This document shows, one piece after another, positions 25,001 through 37,008 of a stretch of DNA of 64,000 nucleotides. Below the pieces are notes generated by a model. The model did not search any database, was not told the origin of the DNA, and worked only from the letters and a program-made list of their open reading frames with translations. Position 1 is the first letter of the stretch. Every line of letters starts with the position of its first letter. This DNA is from Psammoneis japonica (taxonomy: Eukaryota): the NCBI GenBank assembly GCA_008632985.1, contig QPGO01000142.1, positions 124,001 through 188,000 of the forward strand, in the 5' to 3' direction. Both the position numbers and the translations under genes were made by a program.

Positions 25001-26078
25001 TGAGACAGGGGATGGAGCAGTTGTTGCACGCAATGCGTTGCATTGGATGGAGACGTTTCAGACAGGGGATGGTCGAGTTGCTGCAGTGCACAAGTGCCTG
25101 TCCACCCCTGCGGGCAACACGTCATAAATGATCGCATTAAAGCCAGGAGCTGCTGGAAAAAATGATTGTGCTGCTGCGGCACAACTTGATGACACGTGGC
25201 GCCAGGCGCCATGTGCGTCCTGTGCATTGGGGGGGGGGGGGGGGCAGACAGACGCCACACGCAGCAGCACATGCATTGCCACAGATGCCAAACACCCAAA
25301 TCACAGCCTCACATGCATTTGACTCAATGCACAGATTAGGATTTAGGATCACTGGCAACTTATCAGCATGAGAAAATGCCACTTTAGACAACAGTCTTGG
25401 TGCAACCAGTTGTTCGTGTGAAATGCACAACTCGGCTCAATCTTCGGCTTGCGATTCATTGGCATGTGGTGCCGGTGCGGTGACATGCAGTCATCGTCTG
25501 CTCGTGTTTTTCACCGAAAAAACGTGCGAAACGATGCAAGACATTTTTTCCAGCAGCTCCCTGGACATCAGATTAGAAGGACCATTGCACAAAAAGTGTC
25601 TACATTTTCGATCGCTTGACAAAAAATGATGTTTTTAAAATCAACACAAAATTGTTGGTCGGGGTCTGCGGGAAATCGCGGATTGAGGCGAAAAACGCAA
25701 AAAATCTACAGCAGAAATGTTGGAAGCAGTGTGACAACACATTGCATCTAGCAGTGGCACCGGTGCGATTTCAGCCTAGAGATTACGAACTGTGCTGTTT
25801 TACAAAAAGAGAACAGTGCCCAGGCCTTCACAGAAATGCTCGTTGTTGCTTTTGAGGTTGCCTTGCGCACCATCATGTTCTCAGAATCGGAAACTGCGGC
25901 ATGTCGTGAAAGCCGTCGAGTCCCTGTGCCGTCGCCGAGCATTGGTGCTGTGCCAGGCTTGACACCTTCAACTGGTGGACACCAATTTGCTGTGGATGGC
26001 ACCAACTTTGGTTCACTGTCTGTTCGCAGGGCTGGAATAAAGAAAAATGATGTTTCTAAAGAAAATTGTCCTGTCTAA

Positions 26079-27080
26079 TTATAGATCCTTGTAATCTACA
26101 TTAAAAAGCAGTTCACCATTTTGAATCGCAAGCTGTGTCATGACAGCCACAGCCCGAAATGCATCGGCATGCTTCGACAGCGGTTTGTGGCGAAACCTTT
26201 TCTCCAGAATTGTCCAATTTTTGAAGCGTTCGTTGCACGTCTCCTGTCGATTAAGAGCACGCCTCTGCATTTCTTCCATCTCCTTCGGGTTTGCAAAACT
26301 GCTGGGGCACTTAACATAGATGGGGGACTCACCCACGCACCCATCGTCAGCCTCTACGCGTTCCCCCTTGTCCAGTTCCGTCTTCAATGCCGATCGAAAA
26401 ATGTCCAAGTCGTTGTACACGCCGGGCGCAAAGGGCCCATTAATCCACACAATGTGACCGGTCAAAATGCATGCTGCTGCTTCGTAACGAAGTCCGCAGT
26501 CGTTGAATTTATGAGAGTAAAACTTCCTGCCGTGATTCGGGACACGAAAGTCTGTTCCGTCCACAGCAACTAGACAATCGTTTCCGACGTCACCAGTGCG
26601 GCGATTCTCCCAAATTGTCTGGGCAGAACAAACAACAACACAAACAATGCGGGTGAGAATCAATTTTTGAAACATGTGGAAATGTTGTCGCAATTGGGTG
26701 CTCACCAAGTGTGGCTCGAGTGATGCAATAGCCTCAATCATTGGCCACTTCCATGTTCGGAAAGTTTTTTCGTCGACTCCCCCAGCTTTGCCGGCAAGGT
26801 CAGTTTCCTTGCCATCAGATTTCAAAAAATTAAGTGCCCACAGCATGTGGCAGGCATTTGCTCCGTGGGGCAGCACGTCGTGGTGGACAAGGAGGTTCCA
26901 CAGCGTGAGAGCCACGATTGGGCCGCAACCAAAAAACTCATGAAAACGCCTGTCCTCGGTCATTGTGGTGCCAAACTTCTTGTCGCCTCTGTTCATCATT
27001 CCACGCCCCAAATTCATGAGGTCCTGCAGTCCGAGGGCAAGCCAGCGCATCCTCTTTTTATCTGGTTGAAAAGCGGCCAT
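26079..27080 (-). CDS. Harbinger/IS5-like DDE transposase (probably inactivated by missense); intron 26705-26619
   Basis: VAVDGTDF, YSHKF..GLRYE, WINGPF..G..NDLDIFR, EADDG(C, consensus Y), RQETCNERFKNW. The GTGAG...CAG intron is 87 bp and stop-free. Confidence 0.85.
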   Translation of the reverse strand: MAAFQPDKKRMRWLALGLQDLMNLGRGMMNRGDKKFGTTMTEDRRFHEFFGCGPIVALTLWNLLVHHDVLPHGANACHMLWALNFLKSDGKETDLAGKAGGVDEKTFRTWKWPMIEAIASLEPHLVSTQLRQHFHMFQKLILTRIVCVVVCSAQTIWENRRTGDVGNDCLVAVDGTDFRVPNHGRKFYSHKFNDCGLRYEAAACILTGHIVWINGPFAPGVYNDLDIFRSALKTELDKGERVEADDGCVGESPIYVKCPSSFANPKEMEEMQRRALNRQETCNERFKNWTILEKRFRHKPLSKHADAFRAVAVMTQLAIQNGELLFNVDYKDL

Positions 27081-27842
27081 GGCGAGTGGCGGGCCGGAGC
27101 AAAACAATGTTGTCTCAGCGTGAAGCGTGAAGTGCAACAACAAAATCTCAACGATTGGTGGGACTGGGATGTCTTCCAGTGTGGACCGCAGCAGTGCCAC
27201 TGCGCGATGCGCACGTGGGACACTGCCTCCATGATGCGCAGATCTCTCGTTCAGCCAGGTGCACGATGTGATGCAGTTGGATGTTTTTGCAGCTCTTGCG
27301 CAGAAAAGACGCATTTTTACATCAGGCGAGCTCGCGCGTTTTCTGCCACACATTTTTAGAAAGTGTGACAAAACTTTGGCTCAACGGAAAGTTGTGGCCA
27401 CAGATGTTTCGCTGCACATCCGGGTTTCTTCTTCAATCCTACAGGGTTCTCAGTGCACTTTCTACACGAGCTTAGAGAACCCGGATGTACAGCGAAAATC
27501 TGTGACCAAAGCTTTGCATCCGGGTCTTTGTGTGACGTAGCTGCCAGCAGTGATTCTGTGCAACATCCGGGTTACATGCAAAGCCAAAGTTGCGCCATCA
27601 AAGTTTTTTGTCGAAAAGCTGTGACGCAACCAAATAGCCCACATAATTGGGGGCCCAAAAATGTGTGATAAAAATGTCATTTTCACGAGTTCGTCACAGA
27701 GATGTGCCAGAGATCGCGCCATTTGTCCGTTGGTGTCGGTCTTGTTGATCGATCGTTTCAGAAAAACCAAAGCAGCTCTGCTGTTTGCTGTTCACACGGC
27801 ACACTCAACACGGCCCACAACCCACAACAGGAGGAAGCCACA

Positions 27843-29166
27843 ATGAACGCCATGAGCAACGGCAGCTCTGCTCGTTGGATGAAAGAACACAACAAAAGGC
27901 TTGCAGAGCTTGTCAAAGCTGGCAAGATTGATCCGCAGCTCATTGACTTGCAACACGTCAAGAAGGCACACGAGAAGCACTTCAGTGACCTTCCGAAGCA
28001 CCAGACTTTCGCTCAGCAGCACCGCAAGAAGTGCAAGCAGTTGGAAGTCGACGAACTTCTTGCAGGCAGGCGGAAGCAAGGTGAGCACCACAACAATGCC
28101 ATTCTTGCTTGTTTTGTCATTCTTGTGCTCATGCCATCGTCTGCCGGTGTCTGCTTTGATTGCACGACTTGCCACAGGCACCAAGCGACGCGCCGAGGAA
28201 GAAGTGAAAGACCAAGAGGAGTCGAGCGAGGAAGAGGAAACCGAAGACGAATCCTCAGAAGACGAAGGCGCATGCTCAAGTGACGAGGAATTTGGCACCA
28301 GCATGCCGGGCAAGACAAAGACTGCCCCCAAGAAGTCCCAAGACGTGAACAACGACCTCGCGTCAAAGTTCAAGTCGTCTGCTGCGATTTCATCTTCTGG
28401 CAAGAAGAAGGTGGGGAGCAACAAGAAGGCAGACGCCTTTGTGAAGAAGGGAGCGATGACTCGTGAGTGTGGCTACTTTTTCTTAGCGTCTCCGTGGGTG
28501 GCGTCCGACAAGCGCATGCACGTGACCGTGGATGTCCTTGTTCCACCTTTTGCCACGTCACACTGGCACCCAAAGGTGTCTGATTGCGGCACCAAGGTGA
28601 TTGTCAACGAGCGCATCCCTTCTTGGATGTTTAAGAAGGATCGTGTGCGCGAATCTGTTCTCACTTCTAGGCTCTCTACAGAAGACCAAGTCCTGAAGGA
28701 AAGCGGAATCGAGCAAGCTGGACAGGCACTGCTCAAGTCTCAAGGCGTTGAAGAGACCATTGGTGACGGCAAATGCCGCATGGTTCTCTGCCACCCCCAC
28801 ACTATTTGCCTTCCATTCCCCTGTGAGAGTGATTTTTATTCTACAAGCAGCAAGGCCGGTTGGAAGCTCGAAGCATTTGTTCATGACAACGAAGAACTTG
28901 TGGAGCAGGCGCAAGGTTGCATGCTCCTTTCGATGGAGCTGGTGGCGGTGGAGAAGCCACCAGAAGAGGGTAAGGCAGTTGAAAGGATCAAGTTTCTTGG
29001 TCAGTCCCCTCTAGATGCTGCAATTGCCAAGAAGGAAGCGAGGCGCAGTCGTGAGGCACAGTGCGGACGTGCAGCGGCGGCGGGAGAGCACGTCAGCGGC
29101 TGTGATGACATGGATTCCGATTCGGACAGTGAGGGCAACCTCAAAGATGATGATGATTACTTGTAG
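27843..29166 (+). CDS. Harbinger second (accessory, putative DNA-binding) gene; intron 28081-28177
   Basis: Lies inside the TIRs, divergent from the transposase. Basic helical N-terminal exon (RWMKEHNKRLAELVKAGKIDP) splices via GTGAG...CAG to an acidic linker and globular region. Myb/SANT identity is not confirmed. Confidence 0.65.
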
Positions 29167-29391
29167 GCATTGTTCTGTTTTTCTAAATAGCACAGTTTGT
29201 AATCTCTAGCCTGATGTTGTAGATGCAATTGGCTTCGACAGCTTAGGCCTACCTGGCAGGCGTCCGTAAGATAAGTAAGACCGGACCCGCATTCGTCACA
29301 TTTCTGCAAGATTTATGTGCGTTTTTCGCCTCAATCCGCGATTTCCCGCAGACCCTCGAAAAGGACTGCCACGATCGCCGATGCCACCTTT

Positions 29392-31234
29392 CTACCGGAG
29401 GACTCAACCGGTCCCGGCGTCCGTGACTGAAATTTCACAACGGTGAAGCACGAGAGTCGAATAATTCGATTGGACTCAACCGGTCCCGATTTTGCATTGA
29501 AAACGGCATGTTGTACTTTGATGCATCTCGCCATGGCATACATCGTTGGGTCGATGTATCTTTCATGTGGGATCTTTTTCTATCGTTGTTATAAAGAGGT
29601 TGATGCATTGGTTTGGTTTCCTGGGGGGCTTTGGTGGCGACACACGGTACAAACGGTTGCGTGCCTCGACTCGTGACTCGATTGCTGCACGGTACGGGTG
29701 ACATCTGAATGGTCGACAACGTTGCCGTGGTAAGTTCTTTCTGTGTTTTCTCATTTTATACCGTTTATCTACTCACTAAAGATGTTGTTTGTGCTTTGTT
29801 ACAGCTTCATAGGAGGATATATCGTCTCGTACGGTCGATTATTGCATCTGCAATATTGGCATCTTTTTCACGTCGTCGTCATCACAAAAGCGCATCCGTT
29901 TGGGAGCCTTGTGCTTCATCCCACTCCACATCTTTTGGTACATCTATTTTTACTATTTATTTGGACTTGTGACAAGCTTGATATGATTTTGAAGGTCTTG
30001 GTCGGCTCGTAATCACAGCATGTCGTTTTTCGGCGATAACAATTTCTTGAAAGTGCATGCCGTGGGAACAAAACGATGCGATGGAGTCTCGGGGATACTC
30101 ACGACATTGGCATTTGTCAGACAGCCTTTTCATAGTCCAAAGAAGGTAACCCTGTGAGCATGTTGTGATTGATTGAGTTTTGGACTCGTTTTGACGAAAC
30201 TTGCATACCTCACGAGCCTTTTTTGGTGCGTCTCGATCATGCGCACAGGTGTCTGGTCCTTTTTGACCCTTTCCACCTACCCTTCAACCGCATTATCATC
30301 ATTATCTAAGACACAATATTGTCCACGTTATTTCGGGAGATCTTTGTGGTGCAACCATGACTCTAGGCTTTGCAATGGGTAAAATGGGAAGGTTGAGGCT
30401 TGTGTTGGCGGGTTCATCGCCTCCTCTTACTTGGGGGCATAAAAATTAGTAAGGCGACTCAGCTCTACATTTAAAAGGTGCCCTAGTGAGCATGCTGTGA
30501 CATGCAACCCCAATGGATTATTATTGTGTACGTTGTTCCACTCATATTTTCATTTTGCATGTCATTTTCCAGTGTGACTGTCGTTGACCGTTAAAGCTTG
30601 CAGTGGCATTTCCAGGCCCATGTTCTACATGACAGATATCTTTTGATACTCTTTGCTCATATGGGGAAATCAGATCCTGGAGCACTCAGTTCCTAGTCGG
30701 GTGTAGAGAGGTACAAGTGCAATGGATGAAATTTGGACCAGGGCACAGATGGAGTTGGGGCGAACGTGCTGTTTCTTCTCGCTGGCAGAGTTGGTTAGTG
30801 TGGGTGTGCGTGCGGATGGCCTCTCTATTTAGGGCTACTACTCTCTAGAGTGCTACAGTGCCACTCTAGAGTAGAACTTGGCGCAAAAGGTAAGAGATAT
30901 TTTTTTGTGATTTTCGACTCGTCGCGGCATCTTCGGCGTTGTCCGTTGACGACGACAAGCAATCCATTGAAATGACTTATAGACTTATAGCATTTTGTTG
31001 TTCTTTAGAGATATGATTGTATAGCTTCTAGTATTCTAGCTTTCTTCAAGGGTAGGATTGTATCGCATGTCCTTCGGGAAGAAGTCGCTTTGCGTTATCA
31101 TTGCGTTGTGGCGGCACTCTCAAACTCATCCATCGCGGCGGCTTGTGCGTAGGTACGTACTAATTCTAGCGAGCGTCCGTCAGTCAGCCGGCGGGACCGG
31201 TTGAGGCAGCGGGACCGGTTGAGTCCGCCGGTAG
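29392..31234. mobile_element. Non-autonomous TIR element (1843 bp), 25-bp TIRs (24/25), 4-bp flanking direct repeat CTTT
   Basis: ctaccggaggactcaaccggtcccg at 29392-29416 versus cgggaccggttgagtccgccggtag at 31210-31234. Internal copies of the core at ~29472 and ~31192. cttt on both sides. Confidence 0.8.
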
Positions 31235-31355
31235 CTTTCCAGATTTTTCTGTGACCAAACGGTTGAAAACTCTCGCTGCCATCATAGAGTTTAATCTCTG
31301 CTACCGTGATCGTGCCGCTGAAACTGTCAAACAATCATAAAAGCTGAACCGAACA

Positions 31356-32798
31356 ATGACATCGTATGAAATTCCGCAGCTGGCTGTCAGCACGAGCCTT
31401 TCGACTCTATCTTCGTCGTCGGTTGGCTTTAGCACCCCCATGAACGCGACGAGGACGTTGAAAGAACTGTACGAGGGAGCACAACTTACACCTCCTGCAA
31501 AAGCTGATCAATTTTCCGTTGCAGAAATGGAGCGACAAGTGAATGGTTTATTAGCTCCCGGGTATTGGGATAGCCTTGATTCGATTGGTCATGCAAAAAT
31601 ATCATTTCTTGTTATGCGCGAGCAACATGAATTGCTGTCGAAGCTCCTCAACGCGACACCGGAAAAGGTAGCTCAAGCATTTCATTATGCGTTGGACATG
31701 AACCATACATTTGGAAAGAGGCTCGATGCCCTCGTTAGGAAAGGGGGGGACATATTTTTTTCGGATGAGGATCGAGAAGTTGCTAGTTGCCCACTGGCGA
31801 CGTTTCTGAGCCGCCACAAGGAGTTTTTCGATCCGGACGATGCCCCGACCATTTTCAACTGCCAGGATAGGTTCAAACGGGTGGAAAAACCGTTGATCTG
31901 GATACAAGAAAATACTTCGACGGTGTGTTACCTTGTCACGGTAGCCTGTGCTATCTTTTACAACCAATGTATCCAAAATGGGGTGACTGCGAACGATGGT
32001 CCCGTTGCGGTTCAGAAGTACTCTCTGAATATCAGCCGGTTCATGAGGGATGAATTCGCAAATGAAGAAATCTGTGCCAATATCTTTATGACCCAAGGGG
32101 GTCATCCCGATGCAATGATGGAACGCCTTCTCAGGCCCCAGAACCCAAACAAGAAAAAGGTTGTAGAAGACTATTGTCTTGACGTCACCATGTCCATTGA
32201 CTTGATTTTTGCGAATGTCAAACATTGGCTTGGCAAGCATGGTGCGCTTGTGGCTTCTGACTTCAAAATGTTCCCAAAGTATGTGGCGGACAAAACAAAG
32301 TGTGTCTTTCATGGAAACTGGAACGACCTCAAGCAAGACGCCATCGAAAGGGAACTCCAAGAAGCCCCTATGGATGTCGACGAATACAACAATTTCTGGG
32401 GTCTCCCCCCAAACGACATCCAACTTCATGCTTTTCTCATTATCGGTGTACGACGTACGACAGGTGAGGATGACATGGGCGGGCTCGCGTTTCTCATTCA
32501 GGATTCGTCGGATGAAAGACCGTTTGTCATTATTGGCCTGGATTTGTTAGTTTCTGCTGGAGTGGAACGGTTGTATGCTGTTGCACAGGATGTAACGTTT
32601 GACTCGGAAAACTTTTGTCATGATAGAACAGCTAATCCGGCCTTCATCATGAGTGGGGGTCACAGTCCCAGAATCTATGACATCCCCTCGAGCGACAGCA
32701 GTGAGGAGGAGAATCTTGAGGAGAGCAACACGGTGAGGAACTTCCATCGCTATTGGACTCCCATTGACCCCGCTAAGATTTCTTACATCAAAACATAA
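31356..32798 (+). CDS. Papain-like (clan CA) cysteine-protease-fold protein
   Basis: IQENTSTVCYL (oxyanion Gln, catalytic Cys), LHAFLIIG (His), FLIQDS (Asp at the usual QNS Asn position). Intact 480-aa ORF with no signal peptide. Confidence 0.6.
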   Translation: MTSYEIPQLAVSTSLSTLSSSSVGFSTPMNATRTLKELYEGAQLTPPAKADQFSVAEMERQVNGLLAPGYWDSLDSIGHAKISFLVMREQHELLSKLLNATPEKVAQAFHYALDMNHTFGKRLDALVRKGGDIFFSDEDREVASCPLATFLSRHKEFFDPDDAPTIFNCQDRFKRVEKPLIWIQENTSTVCYLVTVACAIFYNQCIQNGVTANDGPVAVQKYSLNISRFMRDEFANEEICANIFMTQGGHPDAMMERLLRPQNPNKKKVVEDYCLDVTMSIDLIFANVKHWLGKHGALVASDFKMFPKYVADKTKCVFHGNWNDLKQDAIERELQEAPMDVDEYNNFWGLPPNDIQLHAFLIIGVRRTTGEDDMGGLAFLIQDSSDERPFVIIGLDLLVSAGVERLYAVAQDVTFDSENFCHDRTANPAFIMSGGHSPRIYDIPSSDSSEEENLEESNTVRNFHRYWTPIDPAKISYIKT

Positions 32799-33459
32799 TT
32801 GTGATGAAATGCTTTGCGCTTCCATTGCGTGACATGAATGTGTGTGATGTTGGCAATGGAGATGTGATGACGTGAGCTGTAGCACGTGACAGAGACGTTC
32901 AAAAAGACTCCACAAAAATAGGTAAATAAGTTCAAAAATGAAACTGAAATTTTGCTACCATCATGGTATCTTGAATCTACGCAACCATTTCAATGACACC
33001 GTGTAAATGGGGCTCCTAGTTGAGAGGAAAATGGGGTTTGCCATTCCCTGACAGCGGGGGAAAAAAGAATAACGTGTATGTTCACCTCCACATATCACCA
33101 CATTGTGCCTTTTCTGAAACTGAAGTCGTCCGTAATGGGGCACTCGCCCCATCTCGTGCACATGTTTCGAAAGATGACAATTGGAGACTAACAAATGTGG
33201 TGCCCAGCAAAGGCTCTACAAAATTTCGCACCGCCATTGCAGTTTTATGACGTACACAGTACATCATTGTTTCCGATAACCTTGCCGGTGCGTTGTTTTA
33301 ATTCTGGTGGACACTGTCTGACGCTCCATGTGATCACAGTGGAAATGGTGCCGTTTGAGTTGAGGAATGAAATGAAGTTAGTTGGCCTGGGTTCCACAGT
33401 TTTCCCTGAGACTAAAAGGTGCTTCGTAAGAGGTGTGCTCGTTTTAGTCATCCTTCTTT

Positions 33460-36400
33460 GACGTTGCGTCTGTTACGGATGCCAGCAAATCGAGAGGCGT
33501 CTCTGGTTGCATCTCCCGACTGTTCCACCATCGATTGGATCCCCTTGGCGCAAAAGTGAAGACCTCCAGTCTGCTGTGAACAAATCTCGGAGTCTTGCCT
33601 TGTGCAGCTCTGCCGGGACCAAATGGATCTTGAGCCAACAGCGCAATGACCTCTGGCTGTCGCGTCAAGAGTTTCTCCATTCTGGCGGTTCGCCACCTCG
33701 CCTTGCATGCAACGGCAAAAACCAGACTCTCCAATCTGATCTTGGAAGATGGAGAGGCAACACTCTCCCACACTCGTTTGGTCCCTTGTTCAGTTTGTAT
33801 TTCCAAATGCACTGATGCCAAGTCACCCCGTCCCGACTCCCCTCGAGGATTGGCTCCCACCAGAAGTCATGCATGCATGCTTGCAAACTTTCCTTGGCAG
33901 CTGCAAAGCCGCAAGCTTTGCTGCCGTCTGCAGAGCAGATGGATTCTGGTTGACAGAGTCTTGATTTGATCTTGGAGCGGCAATGCTCTCAGAGGCCAAG
34001 CTTCTGCAAAGTTGTTCATTGAGAACTTGCCATGGCCAGCTCGGCTCAATGTCGGAATCAAGGAAACGGCCAAACATGTCATCACCATTGAAGCAACAAG
34101 CACCCTAAAACCAATCAACAGCGCATCTGGCAAAATGATTCATTTTACAAGGCTGTGTCTTTTGTGAGTTGCAGTTTTTGTCTCTGCCCCAAATGAACAT
34201 GTGGGCATTTTTGTCGTGATCATGTCCTTGTCGTTGATTGGAAAGAGAAGAGCCCTGAGAACATTTGGCATTCTCCCCTTGTTTTGATTGTCATTTCCTG
34301 CTCTCTCAGCAAATGCTGGGTTCTGCATTGAAATGTTTTGCACTTGTGTCACAGCAAAAAAAGAAGTCATCAATGGGACTTGTGCTTCAATTGTGGTGTC
34401 AAAGGCAACCTCAAGAAGATGGGTCTGGGCAAGAGTGGGGGGCAGGTGTCAAGAAGCTTTTGTTTGACATGAGATCTCATCCTGCTTGCCTGCATCCAAG
34501 AAAAATGTGACACAACACCAAAAATTTTGCGAGACAACTGTCATGATGGCGTTGGCGGTGATGAAGATTCACATTGTCCCTCGTGTGCAGCAACCACTCA
34601 AGATGTTGAGCTCACCCAGATCTGGGTGCGTCATGCTGCAGTCATTTGAGGGAAGCCAGCAATTGTTTGCACTGAGCTTGAGCTCTGCAGAGAAGTCTTT
34701 CATTTGTTTCATGATGCTGGCATTTGTGTGGCGGTGCGTCATGCAGTGCACGCACAGCCAGATGACATGTCAGGAGCCCAAGGTGCACTTGGACCAATGC
34801 TGTGCATGTGCTCCACCTCCTGCATTCACCCCAGCATTGGCAGCACCTGAAGCCACAAGAAACACAATTTCCTTTGTCATCAACAAGGATTTTGTCCCTT
34901 CCATGTCAACTCACAATGCTTGGCTGCTCTTTTCTCACCTGCAGGATTCGAGAAATGCTTGGGTCAAATTTCAATGTGCCGCTGGGCTGCCATTTGGCAA
35001 TGCTTTCAAAATGATTTTTGCCATGACAAGCAAGCTGGGTCAGAGTTCCAACATGTGTTTCAAGCAAGCATGTTGCATCAAAGGACCTGACCAAACTTGC
35101 AGTTGCTCCCATGCTGGAAATTTCCACATGTGTGCCAGTGTGGGGGTTGCAAGAAGACAACACCAGCTTGTTGCACCAGCTGCACAAACACCATTCTTGC
35201 AAGCATGCAGGCTGTGCTTTGGATGTTCGTTCTTGCATGGTTTTTGACCATGTTGCAACCAATTGTGAGTGGGCATTTGCCTTGATCCTTGATGCAAATG
35301 AGCCCCACATCAAGTGGCAGAATCCTTTGCAGGCCTCAAATCAACACAAAGTGTTGCAAAAAGAGCAAGGACAAAAAACCCGCTGGATGCCTGGCCCAAA
35401 CACCTTCTCCAAAGAAGGCCTCAATTGTTGCAAAGCCCCCACCCTGAACATGAGACCATGTCAACATGCCCTTCTTCTTGCAAGCTCCTGTTTGCAAGGC
35501 AGAGGCAGCGCCCAAAGAACTGCAATGCATTGCAGTTTTCTGGGCAATCAAAGCAGGTCTAGAGTGGGCATCATCACTGGGATTGTTTGGCTGGCATGGG
35601 CTCAAGTTGCAACACTGCACTCCCACTGCACATCACCAGTTTCCCATGTGTTTTACATGCAGAACAGTGAGGGTCCTCTTGCAGCAAACAGCACTTCAAA
35701 TCTGGCATCTCTGAATGCTCCAGGCACTGGGCCATCAAAAAAGTGCTGCCCCCTGGCTGTCAACCTTGTCTGGGTCTTGATGCAAATGCCAAAGCAAACT
35801 TGCAAACAACCCATCAACCACTGTCTGTCCCATCAATCTGATTTGCTTGGGGTGTCATTGATTTGCTCAGAACAGCTCACACCAAGGCATGCTCCATTTG
35901 TGAGTCAGCAAGTGACCCACCCCTTGACCATTGGAAGAGAAGATCTGTGACATCACCCTTGCCAAAAGCCAAGAAAAAGAGCATGCATTTAGAGACCAGG
36001 TGTCTTGTGTGCAGATTCAAGGAAGCTTCATTTTGATTTCACAAGTGGCTGAAAAGTTTTTTGTGCAAGTGAGTGGGTGTGTCAGTCACTGACAATTTCC
36101 AGCACAGAAATGCACACAGGGAATGTGACAAGTCTGGGTGTTTGGCAGGACCTTGTTTCCTTGAATTTACATGAACAGAGCAACATTGGTCAATTTGAGA
36201 CACTTCAGCATGAAGTGAACATTGAAGCAGCAACCAACCAAAGCGCTCAAAAACAATGGCAAATGTTTTGTTTGCTCTGTTGTCTGCAGAAACAGAGATG
36301 AAATGATGCACAATGTGTTTCTTGCTCCACTCCACAGACAAGCATTTGTGAAATTTTGCTGGACTGGGGTTTGCCGTTCAGCCATCTTTTGCATGTGAGT

Positions 36401-36880
36401 GCAGCTGTCACATGCCATGATCATCACGCCCAAAACAACCCCTGCAGTTCAGCATTCACACTTTTGCCTCTGAGCACTTCTTGACATTTACCCATGATGT
36501 GCTGATTGCTTGCATGTGCACAAACTGCCTGCGCCTCAGAGCAGCATCATGACTTCACCGCTGGCTGGGCAGCTTTTCTGTGCGCACCGTCTCTCGCTGG
36601 TGGTGCACTCGCCATGCTGGAAACTTTTCAGCACTGACACATCAGAGCAGCCAGAGCCACGTTCTCTGCTCCACTCTGCTGGAGAGGGCTGTGTCTGTTG
36701 TCAGTCCTCCAGGGCTTTTTATCCTTTGTGGCAGAGGAAAAGCACGAGCTTGGCGCTTGGCACATTTTGTGTGCACTCGGATCTCACTTTCGCGCGAGCG
36801 CCGCGGTGTCGCGCGACTCGAAGATCTGCCGCTCTGCCCTCTCGCCCGCCTCGTCTCTCGCGTGTCGACGATGAACGATG
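33460..36880. other. TpA/CpG-depleted block of unidentified decayed sequence
   Basis: Same dinucleotide signature as the other blocks. Ends at a CpG-rich patch (36790-36880) upstream of the thioredoxin gene. Confidence 0.85.
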
Positions 36881-37008
36881 ACCGTTAAAGATCGCAATCG
36901 ACAACAACATTACAGGAGACGAAGCGTTCTCAACATTCAGCAGACAACTGTATTCATTCTGTATCGTATCTCTACCGCACTTCTATCCTGAAGTAATCGT
37001 TCCACACA

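Larger units (their letters stand above)
19100..25650. other. TpA/CpG-depleted block of unidentified decayed sequence
   Basis: Very few TA; TG/CA-rich. I could not assign a protein family to 19100-23500. Confidence 0.85.
25662..29355. mobile_element. Full-length PIF/Harbinger-type DNA transposon (3694 bp), 38-bp perfect TIRs, 3-bp TSD TCG
   Basis: GGGTCTGCGGGAAATCGCGGATTGAGGCGAAAAACGCA at 25662-25699 and its reverse complement ending at 29355. tcg flanks both ends. Two divergent genes inside. Confidence 0.92.

Noticed and set aside
19115..25300. Dozens of 60-250 aa ORFs in the ORF track (also 700-9100, 33400-36900, 49100-60400)
   Set aside because: Overlapping in all frames, Cys/His-rich and without family motifs; explained by loss of TAA/TAG.
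25741..29229. 10-bp inverted match attgcatcta / tagatgcaat as Harbinger termini
   Set aside because: Internal to the true 38-bp TIRs and has no TSD.
31602..32429. 275-aa antisense ORF
   Set aside because: Shadow of the protease-like gene on the opposite strand.
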